A stretch of DNA of 63,430 nucleotides, the filler included. It is 8 parts of 8 records of this genome, joined end to end, with 100 filler letters (N's around TTAATTAATTAA, not from the genome) between each part and the next. Parts side by side here need not be neighbours in the genome. Positions count along the whole stretch, not along the records: positions 25,877 to 33,077 come from DRR723986_40202; positions 33,178 to 38,283 come from DRR723986_40313; positions 38,384 to 47,301 come from DRR723986_40433; 5 more parts are not named here. The stretch is one strand, 5' to 3'. Shown piece by piece: positions 31,288 through 39,479 of this stretch; positions within the stretch are counted from its first letter, which is position 1; every line of letters starts with the position of its first letter. The position numbers and the translations under genes are program-made. The notes under the pieces are model-generated. The model saw only the letters and a program-made list of their open reading frames with translations. It was not told the origin of the DNA and ran no database searches.

Positions 31288-33048
31288 ATGAGAAAGCAAT
31301 TCACCTACCTACTTTTCCTAACCTTACTTTTTAGCTGCGGCAGTTCCGAATCGGACAAACAAGGAAATCAAATTCCAGAAACCAGTGAAATTGAATGGAA
31401 ATCTTTTACCCCAGAAGTTTTTGATGAAGCCAAAGCGCAAAACAAATTGGTGTTATTAGAAGTTGGTGCAAATTGGTGTCATTGGTGCCATGTGATGGAT
31501 GATAGCACTTACTCCAATCCTGAAGTACAAGCCTATCTTCATGAAAATTTCATTTTAGTAAGAGAAGATCAGGATTCGAGACCTGACCTGTATGCCGCTT
31601 ACAAAACTTGGGGTTGGCCGGCAATTATCGTTATGAATGAAGAGGGGCAAGATGTCAAGCGTTTGAAAGGATATCAAAAAAGAGGTAAATTCTTGAAAAT
31701 TCTCAAAGAAGTCAGAGCAAATCCTATTGCGATTCCTGATGATTTGGTAAGTTCAGGAGATTCAAAACCATATTCAGCTAATTCGAGCAGTCTTTACAAT
31801 GCATTTTTAAAGCGAGTTGACCACGAAAAGGGTGCTTATCACTGGTCAAATAAGTACTTGCATCTACCAGGATTTATGCATGGCTTGAAATACTTTCACA
31901 AAAACGACAGCCTAAAAAACTGGACTGATAAAACAGTGAAGGGATCTTATAATCTAGTTGATCCAGCATGGAGTGGTGTTTACCAATATTCTGCCAAAAA
32001 AAGTTGGACGAATCAACACTATGAAAAACTCCTGAGAGTTCAGGCTAATTACATTCAGGCTTACGCCTTGTATGGCGCAATAACCGGAGATAAAACTGCC
32101 ATACAAACCGCCGAAGAAATCGTAGCTTACTGTGAACGATTTTTCGGAAACGCCTCATCACTTTACTACAACAGTCAGAATGCAGATCTTGTTTCAGGTG
32201 TTCATTCTGAAGAATATTATCAGTTGAATGAAAAAGAGCGATTAAAAGAAGGGACTCCCTCAGTTGATAAAAGCATTTACTTGAAAGAAAATTGTCAAAT
32301 GGCTAAGAGTCTATTCTATTTGTGGGCCTCAAGTAACAAAGAAATCTACTTTACGAAAGCCATTCAAATCACTAATGAAATTCTGGCCGATTATTCGAAT
32401 GCTGAAGGTATATATATGCGAGAAAAAGGCAAAAATGAAATTCTTTCATTTTCAGATAATCGTCATTTATTAGACTTGTTAATGATGGCTTATCAGGCCA
32501 CAGGTAAAAAAGAATACCTGCGAAAAGCGAAAAAATTGGGATTTGCTATTCAAACTACTTTTCTTGAAGATTATGGATTCGCTTCTGCAAAAGGCAATCT
32601 GGCAAAGGCAGCGGCTAAAGTGGAGCTAGATAACTTACTGAGTGTTTTAACTTTCAATCAACTATCTCAAGTAACAGGTGATAAAGTGTTTCATGATTTA
32701 GCCGAACAAGTTTATGAAACAACCGATAAAGCATATTTATTTACTAAGGTAGGTTACGTTCCTTTGCTGCAATTGGCTGATGAACAATTGAATGAAGAGG
32801 CCTATCATGCAGTGTTTTTAACTGATGGAACGAACGATAAATTGGGAAGGGAATTTTATAAAAAGATCTTGTTGCATCCGAGTCAATATTTTGTGTTTGA
32901 GTATCTCCCAATGGATGAAATGAATGAAGATCAACAAATGATGTATGGCGGTTTGCCGGCAGGGACTTTGTTTATGTGCACCTCTTCGTATTGCTCGGCG
33001 CCTATGTATGAGGTTAAGGATTTAGAGCAGTTTTTGAAAACGATTTAG
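31288..33048 (+). CDS. Thioredoxin-domain (DUF255/YyaL-like) lipoprotein
   Basis: WCHWCHVMD..TY, RPDL, GWP, HYEKLL, C-terminal C….CSAP. Confidence 0.85.
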   Translation: MRKQFTYLLFLTLLFSCGSSESDKQGNQIPETSEIEWKSFTPEVFDEAKAQNKLVLLEVGANWCHWCHVMDDSTYSNPEVQAYLHENFILVREDQDSRPDLYAAYKTWGWPAIIVMNEEGQDVKRLKGYQKRGKFLKILKEVRANPIAIPDDLVSSGDSKPYSANSSSLYNAFLKRVDHEKGAYHWSNKYLHLPGFMHGLKYFHKNDSLKNWTDKTVKGSYNLVDPAWSGVYQYSAKKSWTNQHYEKLLRVQANYIQAYALYGAITGDKTAIQTAEEIVAYCERFFGNASSLYYNSQNADLVSGVHSEEYYQLNEKERLKEGTPSVDKSIYLKENCQMAKSLFYLWASSNKEIYFTKAIQITNEILADYSNAEGIYMREKGKNEILSFSDNRHLLDLLMMAYQATGKKEYLRKAKKLGFAIQTTFLEDYGFASAKGNLAKAAAKVELDNLLSVLTFNQLSQVTGDKVFHDLAEQVYETTDKAYLFTKVGYVPLLQLADEQLNEEAYHAVFLTDGTNDKLGREFYKKILLHPSQYFVFEYLPMDEMNEDQQMMYGGLPAGTLFMCTSSYCSAPMYEVKDLEQFLKTI

Positions 33049-33345
33049 TGATTGGTTTTTGGTTTTTGGTTTTTGGTNNNNNNNNNNNNNNNNNNNNNNN
33101 NNNNNNNNNNNNNNNNNNNNNTTAATTAATTAANNNNNNNNNNNNNNNNNNNNNNNNNNNNNNNNNNNNNNNNNNNNCATGGCGACTTTTCGCGATTGGG
33201 ATGATGGCCAAAAGGTATCGCGAAATCATAAAAATACAAGCGTTTCAATGTTTTGTGGTCAGTATCGACGTGTTCGCAGCGCCGCGAAAATCTGCGCACG
33301 CGCTGCGTTCCCTCAATGGGCGTCGTAGCCTCTTCCAGACGCGAA

Positions 33346-34278
33346 TCAGCGCGCATCGCCGCCCATGAACTTGTCGAACGTGTCGAGTTCCGGCTCTTCC
33401 TCGAGCTGAGCCATCTCCCATGGCGACGGCGCGCGGTCGGGATAGAGCAGCAGCGAAATCGACATCTCGTTGCCGGGCGAGAACACGGTCATTTCGCGCA
33501 CCGGCTCGGAACCGGCCCAGACACCTGCTGGGTGGTGATGGCCGTGACGGCCGGTATCCCAGTCCACTTCCTGCGCGGCCAGAGAGGCTGGCGGCAATTC
33601 GGTCACTTCTTGCCGCGCGCGATAGAACACGCCGGATTTCAACAGCTGCTCGCTGGACCATGCCCAGTCGATGAAGCCTTCCTTGCCGACCACGATCATA
33701 GCGCGCTTGTCGGTGATGGTCATCCACTTCAGGATCGCCGCGGTCAGCGACACGGCATAGCGGTCCGATAAATCGGTCATCACGTCGATGTCGATGGACC
33801 GGCCCTTGATCTGGGCGCGGAAGTCATCCAGCGGCATCAGCAGGTACGAGGCAAAGGTGTTGGCCTCACCTTCGATCTTGTTCCTCGCCTCATCCCAATC
33901 AGCCATGTTGCGGTTGGTGCATTTGAGGCCGCCGGGATGGGCGCGTCTGTGGAGCAGATAGTGGCCCAGTTCATGCGCTAGTGTGAAGTTGCGCCGCCCC
34001 GGGGACTGGATGGTCTCATTGTAGATGATGCCCCATTCGCCTGATCCGCCCGGACGCGGCATCAACATGCCTTCGACGCCTTTGGAGAGATCCAGCCCCC
34101 CGACCATCGTGATCGGTGCGTCCGGAAAGACCTGCTGCGAGAAGTCCTGGGCCAGTGCCGCCACGTCGATGGGGAAGCGCGGGAGCCCGTGCACAGCCTG
34201 ATGCACGGACAAGATCTTCGTCAGGCGGTTGGCCCAACTCTGAGGCGTCGCAGGCAGACTCAATCCTTTTTCCCCCAC
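33346..34278 (-). CDS. ImmA/IrrE-family Zn metallopeptidase, CapP-like
   Basis: RRNFTLAHELGH, EGEANTFASYLLMP, YAVSLTAAIL HTH, C-terminal GAF-like region. Start may be TTG at 34263, overlapping the XRE stop. Confidence 0.88.
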   Translation of the reverse strand: MGEKGLSLPATPQSWANRLTKILSVHQAVHGLPRFPIDVAALAQDFSQQVFPDAPITMVGGLDLSKGVEGMLMPRPGGSGEWGIIYNETIQSPGRRNFTLAHELGHYLLHRRAHPGGLKCTNRNMADWDEARNKIEGEANTFASYLLMPLDDFRAQIKGRSIDIDVMTDLSDRYAVSLTAAILKWMTITDKRAMIVVGKEGFIDWAWSSEQLLKSGVFYRARQEVTELPPASLAAQEVDWDTGRHGHHHPAGVWAGSEPVREMTVFSPGNEMSISLLLYPDRAPSPWEMAQLEEEPELDTFDKFMGGDAR

Positions 34279-34580
34279 ATGTCGATCATCTGGTTGATCT
34301 TCTGCTGGTCCTCGGGGGCAAGCTTGCTGAACTTTCGGAAGAAGGCTTCCTTCAGCACCTGGTCACTGGGCTCCTCGCTGTCGTCGAGCAGGTAATCGGT
34401 CGTGACCTCGAGGGCTTGGGCGATGCGGGTCAGCTTCTCCCCGGAGGGTTTTCTGGTGTCTCGGTTCTCCAGTTCCCAGATGTAGCTCTTGCTCGAGTCG
34501 GTCAGCTCGGCGAGCTTGTCGAGGGAGTATCCCTTTTCCTGGCGGTGGCGCTTGATCTTCGCGCCGAGGGACGTGGTCAT
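34260..34580 (-). CDS. XRE-family HTH repressor, CapH-like
   Basis: LGAKIK..R…GYSLDKLAELT.SSKSYIWELEN HTH and C-terminal AFFRKF segment. Confidence 0.88.
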   Translation of the reverse strand: MTTSLGAKIKRHRQEKGYSLDKLAELTDSSKSYIWELENRDTRKPSGEKLTRIAQALEVTTDYLLDDSEEPSDQVLKEAFFRKFSKLAPEDQQKINQMIDMWGKKD

Positions 34581-34614
34581 CGTTTCATCCTTGTTTTCCT
34601 TGGGTTCAGGACAC

Positions 34615-34683
34615 TTGTTCGATATGCCGAACAAAAACGTGCCGCGCAAGTAGACTCGGCGATTTGTTCGGTATATATCGAAC
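34615..34683. promoter_or_regulatory. Two GTTCG…CGAAC palindromes in the divergent promoter region
   Basis: TTGTTCG-ATATGC-CGAACAA (34615-34634) and TTGTTCG-GTATATAT-CGAAC (34664-34683). Confidence 0.6.
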
Positions 34684-34738
34684 GCCTGCGTATCGCGATG
34701 CGCCGATTCTCCCTCCTCCCGGTCACGAAAGGTCTCCC

Positions 34739-35962
34739 ATGACTGCTATCTCCGCCTTCTTCCGCAAAACCCCCGTCCTTCGCCTGAAGGAGTATTTCAC
34801 CTCCGGCGGGTTCACTTCGCTCGCTCCCTTCGATTGGACCAAGCCAGAGGCCGATGTCGTCGAACCGCTGATCAAGGCGGTCGATGGCATGACGGATGAC
34901 GAAAGGCAGCGTGTCGTCCTCGACGCAGGTCGTGTCGCGGCTCTCGCCGACGAACCCGGCCAGAACGCGTTGCAGAACGTCGTCCTGAACCGCGCGATCT
35001 TCGATACGTTGGAGGGGGCCAACAACCGCTCGCTCTGGGTCTTTCTGAACGAGAACGACCGTTTCCGCCTTGCGGAAGAGGTGCGCTACAACGACGAGCG
35101 CCGTCGGACGCGGTCGTGGAACGGCTTCGAGGTCGAGAAGGACTGCTCCGTTCGCCGCGATCCGATTTCTGTTGCCGCCTTTACCAAGGCGATCCGCGAC
35201 CGTTTCGACACCCCGCACGTGCATGTCGATATTTTCGACCGGCACCGCGTCATCCTCGAAGATCAGGAATGCGACCTGGTTCAGGTCGCCGTTTACCGGG
35301 AAGGCCGCCCCGAGGACATTCTGGGGTTCGACGCGAACAGCACGCTGTCGCGCCGGATCTTGAAACCGGTGTTTGAAGCGTCGCTGACCTATGAGGCGGA
35401 TACCGGCGTCATCGAGGTTGTGGCCAATACGCTGGAAGACCGGAGGGATCTGACCGCCTATATGGCGCGGGACCTGCTTGGCATCGATTTCAAGGAAAAG
35501 CCGATCCCGCTTCGGGAATACGATCTCAGCATGTTGCTGAAGCCCTTCGACTTCCCGACGGACGTCGAAGACGGAATCGTCGACGTTACCGTAAAAGAAC
35601 TGCGCTTGATGGAGGTCGGCCAGCCCAACGAGCGGATCATTCTCGAATCCATGTCGGGTGCCGACCGCACTGTCTGGGAAATGGCCGAAGAGCGCATCGG
35701 GCTCGAGATCGGCAGCACCGGGCATGTCCTGTCGATCGCGTCGGAGATGCCGGAATGGATCGTTACCCGCGCCCGGTTCACGATTAAGTTCCAACCCGGC
35801 CCTGGTGGTGGGCGTGGCAAATCCCTGACGCTGACCGTGACCATGCCACACGGCTGCAACCTCAAGGACATGACCCCGCATGAGCGGTTGATCGGTGAGA
35901 AGTATCTGCGCCGCTGGGGCATCCTGACCGACACCGCTGATCTCGGTGATCTCATTGAGTAA
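34739..35962 (+). CDS. Hypothetical protein of mobile element
   Basis: Long ORF with GAAAGG upstream of ATG 34739. Overlaps the next gene. Confidence 0.8.
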   Translation: MTAISAFFRKTPVLRLKEYFTSGGFTSLAPFDWTKPEADVVEPLIKAVDGMTDDERQRVVLDAGRVAALADEPGQNALQNVVLNRAIFDTLEGANNRSLWVFLNENDRFRLAEEVRYNDERRRTRSWNGFEVEKDCSVRRDPISVAAFTKAIRDRFDTPHVHVDIFDRHRVILEDQECDLVQVAVYREGRPEDILGFDANSTLSRRILKPVFEASLTYEADTGVIEVVANTLEDRRDLTAYMARDLLGIDFKEKPIPLREYDLSMLLKPFDFPTDVEDGIVDVTVKELRLMEVGQPNERIILESMSGADRTVWEMAEERIGLEIGSTGHVLSIASEMPEWIVTRARFTIKFQPGPGGGRGKSLTLTVTMPHGCNLKDMTPHERLIGEKYLRRWGILTDTADLGDLIE

Positions 35963-36884
35963 GCGGGCCGTCGATATGCTGCTGCAGGTGATGGAAACCC
36001 GCACAGCCAAGGTGCAGGCAGCGACCTTGCGGCAAGTGTCACCTCGGGCGACGGATCAGTTGCTTGAGGCCGAACTTCTGGTGGCGTCCGGGCATATCCC
36101 GGTCGTCACTGCGATGGACAACTTCGAAGACGAACCCATTCCGGCCGAATGGTGCGCCGAGCGCAGGCAGTACGGCTACACCAACAGCGTGGGCCGGTGG
36201 GTCGCGGTCGATGCCGCTGAGATCGCTGCCTTGGCAGTCGATTATCAGAGGGTGTTCGCCAAGATGCTGGTCGGCTTCGAACGCGTTGCCCCTGCGCGCC
36301 CTGTGCCTCTGATCGATGGCATTGCATGGGACATCGGCACCATTCGGCTCGCTGGGGCCAAATCGCCGGTGCCTGTCTGGTTTGCCCGGCGCATGGCTGA
36401 CCCTGCCGTCTGGCAGGCTGTCGATTCCCGGTTCGCGCGCCAACAACCAGACGAGGTGCGCGTCATCCTGACGTCTACACCGGGCGATCGTATCCCGATC
36501 ACCGTGAACAAGCGAAATGTCGTCATCAGCGTGGCCGATGTTGCAAGCGCCCCCGGTAAGCTTGCGATTTCACCACATGCGCTTGGTGCGCGGGTTTTTC
36601 CGGGTCATGTCCAGCGCAAGTTCCCGATCGACCATTCGGATGGTTGTGGCATCGTATGGCATAGGGGTGAAACGCTGACTTTTGGCGGGGACAAGCAGCG
36701 TCTGCTCTTGCAACTACTCTTCGCAGCCTATGAGGCCAAGTCACCGGTCCTTCGCGTAGCGCACGTTCTTGAAGAGGCTGGGTATGGTGGTCAGGTGAAT
36801 ACTCTGAAGAAGGCTTTTGGCCGTCGTACCGATTGGCAGCGGTTCATCAAATTCGACGACGGAAATTGCTGGATCGAACCTTGA
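35946..36884 (+). CDS. Hypothetical protein with probable C-terminal winged-HTH
   Basis: C-terminus GETLTFGGDKQRLLLQLL…LRVAHVLEEAG…LKKAF…FIKFDDGNCWI resembles an OmpR-type wHTH. Confidence 0.65.
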   Translation: MISLSKRAVDMLLQVMETRTAKVQAATLRQVSPRATDQLLEAELLVASGHIPVVTAMDNFEDEPIPAEWCAERRQYGYTNSVGRWVAVDAAEIAALAVDYQRVFAKMLVGFERVAPARPVPLIDGIAWDIGTIRLAGAKSPVPVWFARRMADPAVWQAVDSRFARQQPDEVRVILTSTPGDRIPITVNKRNVVISVADVASAPGKLAISPHALGARVFPGHVQRKFPIDHSDGCGIVWHRGETLTFGGDKQRLLLQLLFAAYEAKSPVLRVAHVLEEAGYGGQVNTLKKAFGRRTDWQRFIKFDDGNCWIEP

Positions 36885-36906
36885 TCTTGCCCTGCGCGTT
36901 TCAATG

Positions 36907-36936
36907 AAAAGGCCGTCCTTCGGGGCGGCCTTTTTT
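36907..36936 (+). terminator. Intrinsic terminator
   Basis: AAAAGGCCGTCC-TTCG-GGGCGGCC-T6. Confidence 0.85.
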
Positions 36937-36959
36937 CTTTTTCGGGCATCAATATGCGC

Positions 36960-37010
36960 TGCCTCCCGTTTTGCCTCCCGGCTGCCTCCACGGTGCCTCC
37001 CACGCCCTCC
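36960..37010 (+). repeat. Phased direct repeats TGCCTCC
   Basis: Copies start at 36960, 36972, 36983, 36994, with a degenerate fifth at about 37004. Confidence 0.8.
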
Positions 37011-37057
37011 GCCATGGTGATCCCGCAAGTGTTCGCGCAAATCCCAAGGAGGTTCAC

Positions 37058-37267
37058 ATGGCGATCAGGCACCTTTCCCAGATCGAGCTGGCGGCTCGCT
37101 GGAATATCTCGCACCGCACGCTGGAACGCTGGCGGTGGACGGGCGAAGGCCCGAAATTCATCAAGCTCGGCGGCCGGGTGATCTACCGGCTCGAGGATGT
37201 CGAGGCCTTCGAGGCCGAACAGATCCGCGGCGCGGATCATGAACCCCATCGCCCGATGTCGGCGTGA
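37058..37267 (+). CDS. AlpA/excisionase-like HTH DNA-binding protein
   Basis: HLSQIELAARWNISHRTLERWR..G.GPKFIKLGGRVIYR. AAGGAGG RBS. Confidence 0.88.
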   Translation: MAIRHLSQIELAARWNISHRTLERWRWTGEGPKFIKLGGRVIYRLEDVEAFEAEQIRGADHEPHRPMSA

Positions 37268-37278
37268 GGGGGGACGAC

Positions 37279-37764
37279 ATGACAATTTCAAACCACATCA
37301 CCCTGGCCGAAATCCACCGCATGCCGGTGGGCCAGATCGCGGCGCTACCCGCCGATCAGCTCGCGCTGCTGAAAGACGCAGCCGATCAGCAACTGGCACA
37401 AGCCAAGTCCCTCGCGGACTGGCTCGATGGTGCCATTTCCCTGAAATACGCGGACCGCGCTCAGACAACGCGCCATGGCGCAGGCAAGGACACAGGCACC
37501 ATCCGGTTCGAGGATGACGGCGTCACCGTCATCGCAGAACTGCCCAAGCGCATCGACTGGGACCAGGCCAAACTCGCCCAGATCGCTGCAAACATCGCAT
37601 CCGCTGGCGAAGACCCGGCCGAATTCATCGATACGAAGCTGTCGGTCTCCGATCGTAAATACGGTGCCCTGCCGGAAAGCTGGCGCAAGGGGTTCGAGCC
37701 CGCGCGCACGGTCCGCACCGGCAAGCCGAAGTTCCGTCTGGTACTGAACGGAGGTGCGTCGTGA
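37279..37764 (+). CDS. Phage-type hypothetical protein
   Basis: 161-aa ORF with RBS, directly after the excisionase-like gene. Confidence 0.7.
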   Translation: MTISNHITLAEIHRMPVGQIAALPADQLALLKDAADQQLAQAKSLADWLDGAISLKYADRAQTTRHGAGKDTGTIRFEDDGVTVIAELPKRIDWDQAKLAQIAANIASAGEDPAEFIDTKLSVSDRKYGALPESWRKGFEPARTVRTGKPKFRLVLNGGAS

Positions 37765-38283
37765 CGGCACTTCTTCCCATCCCCCAGGGCGATCCGAGCC
37801 TTCCCGGTTTGATTGATCGTGCCGCAACCATGCTTTCGAATGCGAAGACCTCGGCGGAAGTCCTCGAAGCCCGTGAGGCCGCAGGGCTTGCCTACGATGT
37901 CGCAAAGCGTGCCGCGCGCCTCAGTCGGGCCAAGACCGCGCATGATGATCTGATTGCGGCCGCCCATCGCGCACAGGCTGATGCTCTGGAAATCGAAGCC
38001 GCTGCCAAACGTCGCCTCGCCGATGAATATGACATGGCACAGGCGCAAGGTGAGGTCGGCAAGAGCGGGGTACGGACGGACCTCGTTTCGCAGGGGAACG
38101 AGGTCGTTCCTTCCGCCGCAGACATCGGCCTTTCACGCAAAGCCATTCACGATGCGCGACTGATCCGCGACGCGGAAGAGGCTGACCCGGGCATCGTACG
38201 CCGAACCCTCGACGAGAAACTCGATCGTGGTGAGGAGCCAAACCGGGCGGCGTTGCGCAAGATGGTGGTCGATGCCGCCATGC
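37761..38283 (+). CDS. Phage-type hypothetical protein, 3'-truncated
   Basis: GTGA overlap with the previous gene. Helical region and HTH-like ADIGLSRKAIH. Confidence 0.65.
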
Positions 38284-38383
38284 NNNNNNNNNNNNNNNNN
38301 NNNNNNNNNNNNNNNNNNNNNNNNNNNTTAATTAATTAANNNNNNNNNNNNNNNNNNNNNNNNNNNNNNNNNNNNNNNNNNNN

Positions 38384-38433
<50 letters not shown>

Positions 38434-38441
38434 ACAAAAAG

Positions 38442-38477
38442 AAAGGCAGATCAGCTACTTAGCGATCTGCCTTTTTT
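38442..38477 (+). terminator. Intrinsic terminator after the tRNA
   Basis: AAAGGCAGATC…GATCTGCC-T6. Confidence 0.75.
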
Positions 38478-38582
38478 CATTCTATACCTTCAGAAACTTC
38501 CTGTGACATATCTGTGACACATATGTGCCAATTCCACGCCGGCACAAATTCTACCGATCCAAATTCCGACCTTAAGGCTGCG

Positions 38583-38653
38583 GGCTCTACCCCATTATCG
38601 GGGGATGGCACTCATCCAACCGGCTCTACCCAATAAACGGGAGACGGCACTCA
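38583..38653. repeat. Two imperfect 32-bp direct repeats
   Basis: GGCTCTACCCCATTATCGGGGGATGGCACTCA (38583) and GGCTCTACCCAATAAACGGGAGACGGCACTCA (38622); 27 of 32 positions identical. Confidence 0.8.
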
Positions 38654-38969
38654 GCTCCCGCCTGCCTATAAGACATCACAACCACAATCGGTCTAGATCA
38701 TATCGCATCAGCTTGGTTTATATGGTGGATTCAAGCGATCGACGCAAAATCAGTCTAATGAATGCCGGTGCCCCCCATTTATGATGAAGAGCCAAATGTG
38801 GTCCACGTACTTCTCATGCTGAATACAGACACTGAAAAGTAACCGTCACGCCTGCCGAGCGGATAAGTCTCTCACGCCAGATCCAGCTAGAATAACTACC
38901 GTTGGAAAATTTACAGCCAACTATGCCTCCCGCTGGGAGGGGCTGACACGCCCTGATTTAAACAAAGGC

Positions 38970-39479
38970 CTATCCGTAAGGCTCGGAGCGATTCGCTTGT
39001 CTAGATAATGTGAAAAACGCCCCATTGCACCATGAAACACTGAGACTCTCTTCCACAGGGCGGGTCCCCACAACCACAAGGATGAGCCCGGGGCCGGGAT
39101 CGATAGAAGTCCTAAAAATGTCCTGAATAGCTTCGCGGTCTTCTGATGAAGGCTTGGCGATTGGTTCTGGATGAGTATGCCAATCCCCTAATAAATAAAA
39201 ACCCTTTTCATAGTGTTCATCGATTTCCGTTTGTTCTTTATTCGGGTCGGCCTTATAGGATGTGCGGGTGCGGAGATCCGTTCGCCTGGGGCCGGTGATT
39301 GCGCCTACGCGTTTGTGTCCGCTCTGAGTGTATTCCCAAAATAGCTGTCCACCGGCTTCCCTATGCCATCTCCGCTTTTGCTGATATTTTTCAAAATGCG
39401 CAAGAATAGAAGGGGTAAATTCAATTTCCCCGAAACTTGGAATATGGTACCAGAGTGAGCTTCTATTCAATGTGGTCAT
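38970..39479 (-). CDS. Prokaryotic JAB/JAMM (Mov34) metalloprotease, Cap3-like
   Basis: EAGGQL catalytic Glu and GDWHTHPE….PSSED (HxH-x7-S-x2-D). Confidence 0.92.
   Translation of the reverse strand: MTTLNRSSLWYHIPSFGEIEFTPSILAHFEKYQQKRRWHREAGGQLFWEYTQSGHKRVGAITGPRRTDLRTRTSYKADPNKEQTEIDEHYEKGFYLLGDWHTHPEPIAKPSSEDREAIQDIFRTSIDPGPGLILVVVGTRPVEESLSVSWCNGAFFTLSRQANRSEPYG

Larger units (their letters stand above)
33178..38283. mobile_element. Prophage/ICE-like element, regulatory and early region (partial)
   Basis: XRE plus ImmA/IrrE pair, excisionase-like HTH and phage-type hypotheticals. No housekeeping genes. Confidence 0.7.

Noticed and set aside
33050-33077. TTTTTGG heptamer run
   Set aside because: Truncated at the contig end and probably the cause of the assembly break, so it cannot be interpreted.
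34604-34620. Alphaproteobacterial LexA box
   Set aside because: The GTTC copies are 9 nt apart rather than the canonical 7. The palindromic reading fits better.
34577-36010. 477-aa minus-strand ORF and similar long antisense ORFs (e.g. 52985-53992)
   Set aside because: Shadow frames of real genes in GC-rich DNA, with no motifs.
38583-38653. CRISPR array
   Set aside because: Only two units, a 7-nt gap and no cas genes. No CRISPR array was seen anywhere in the window.
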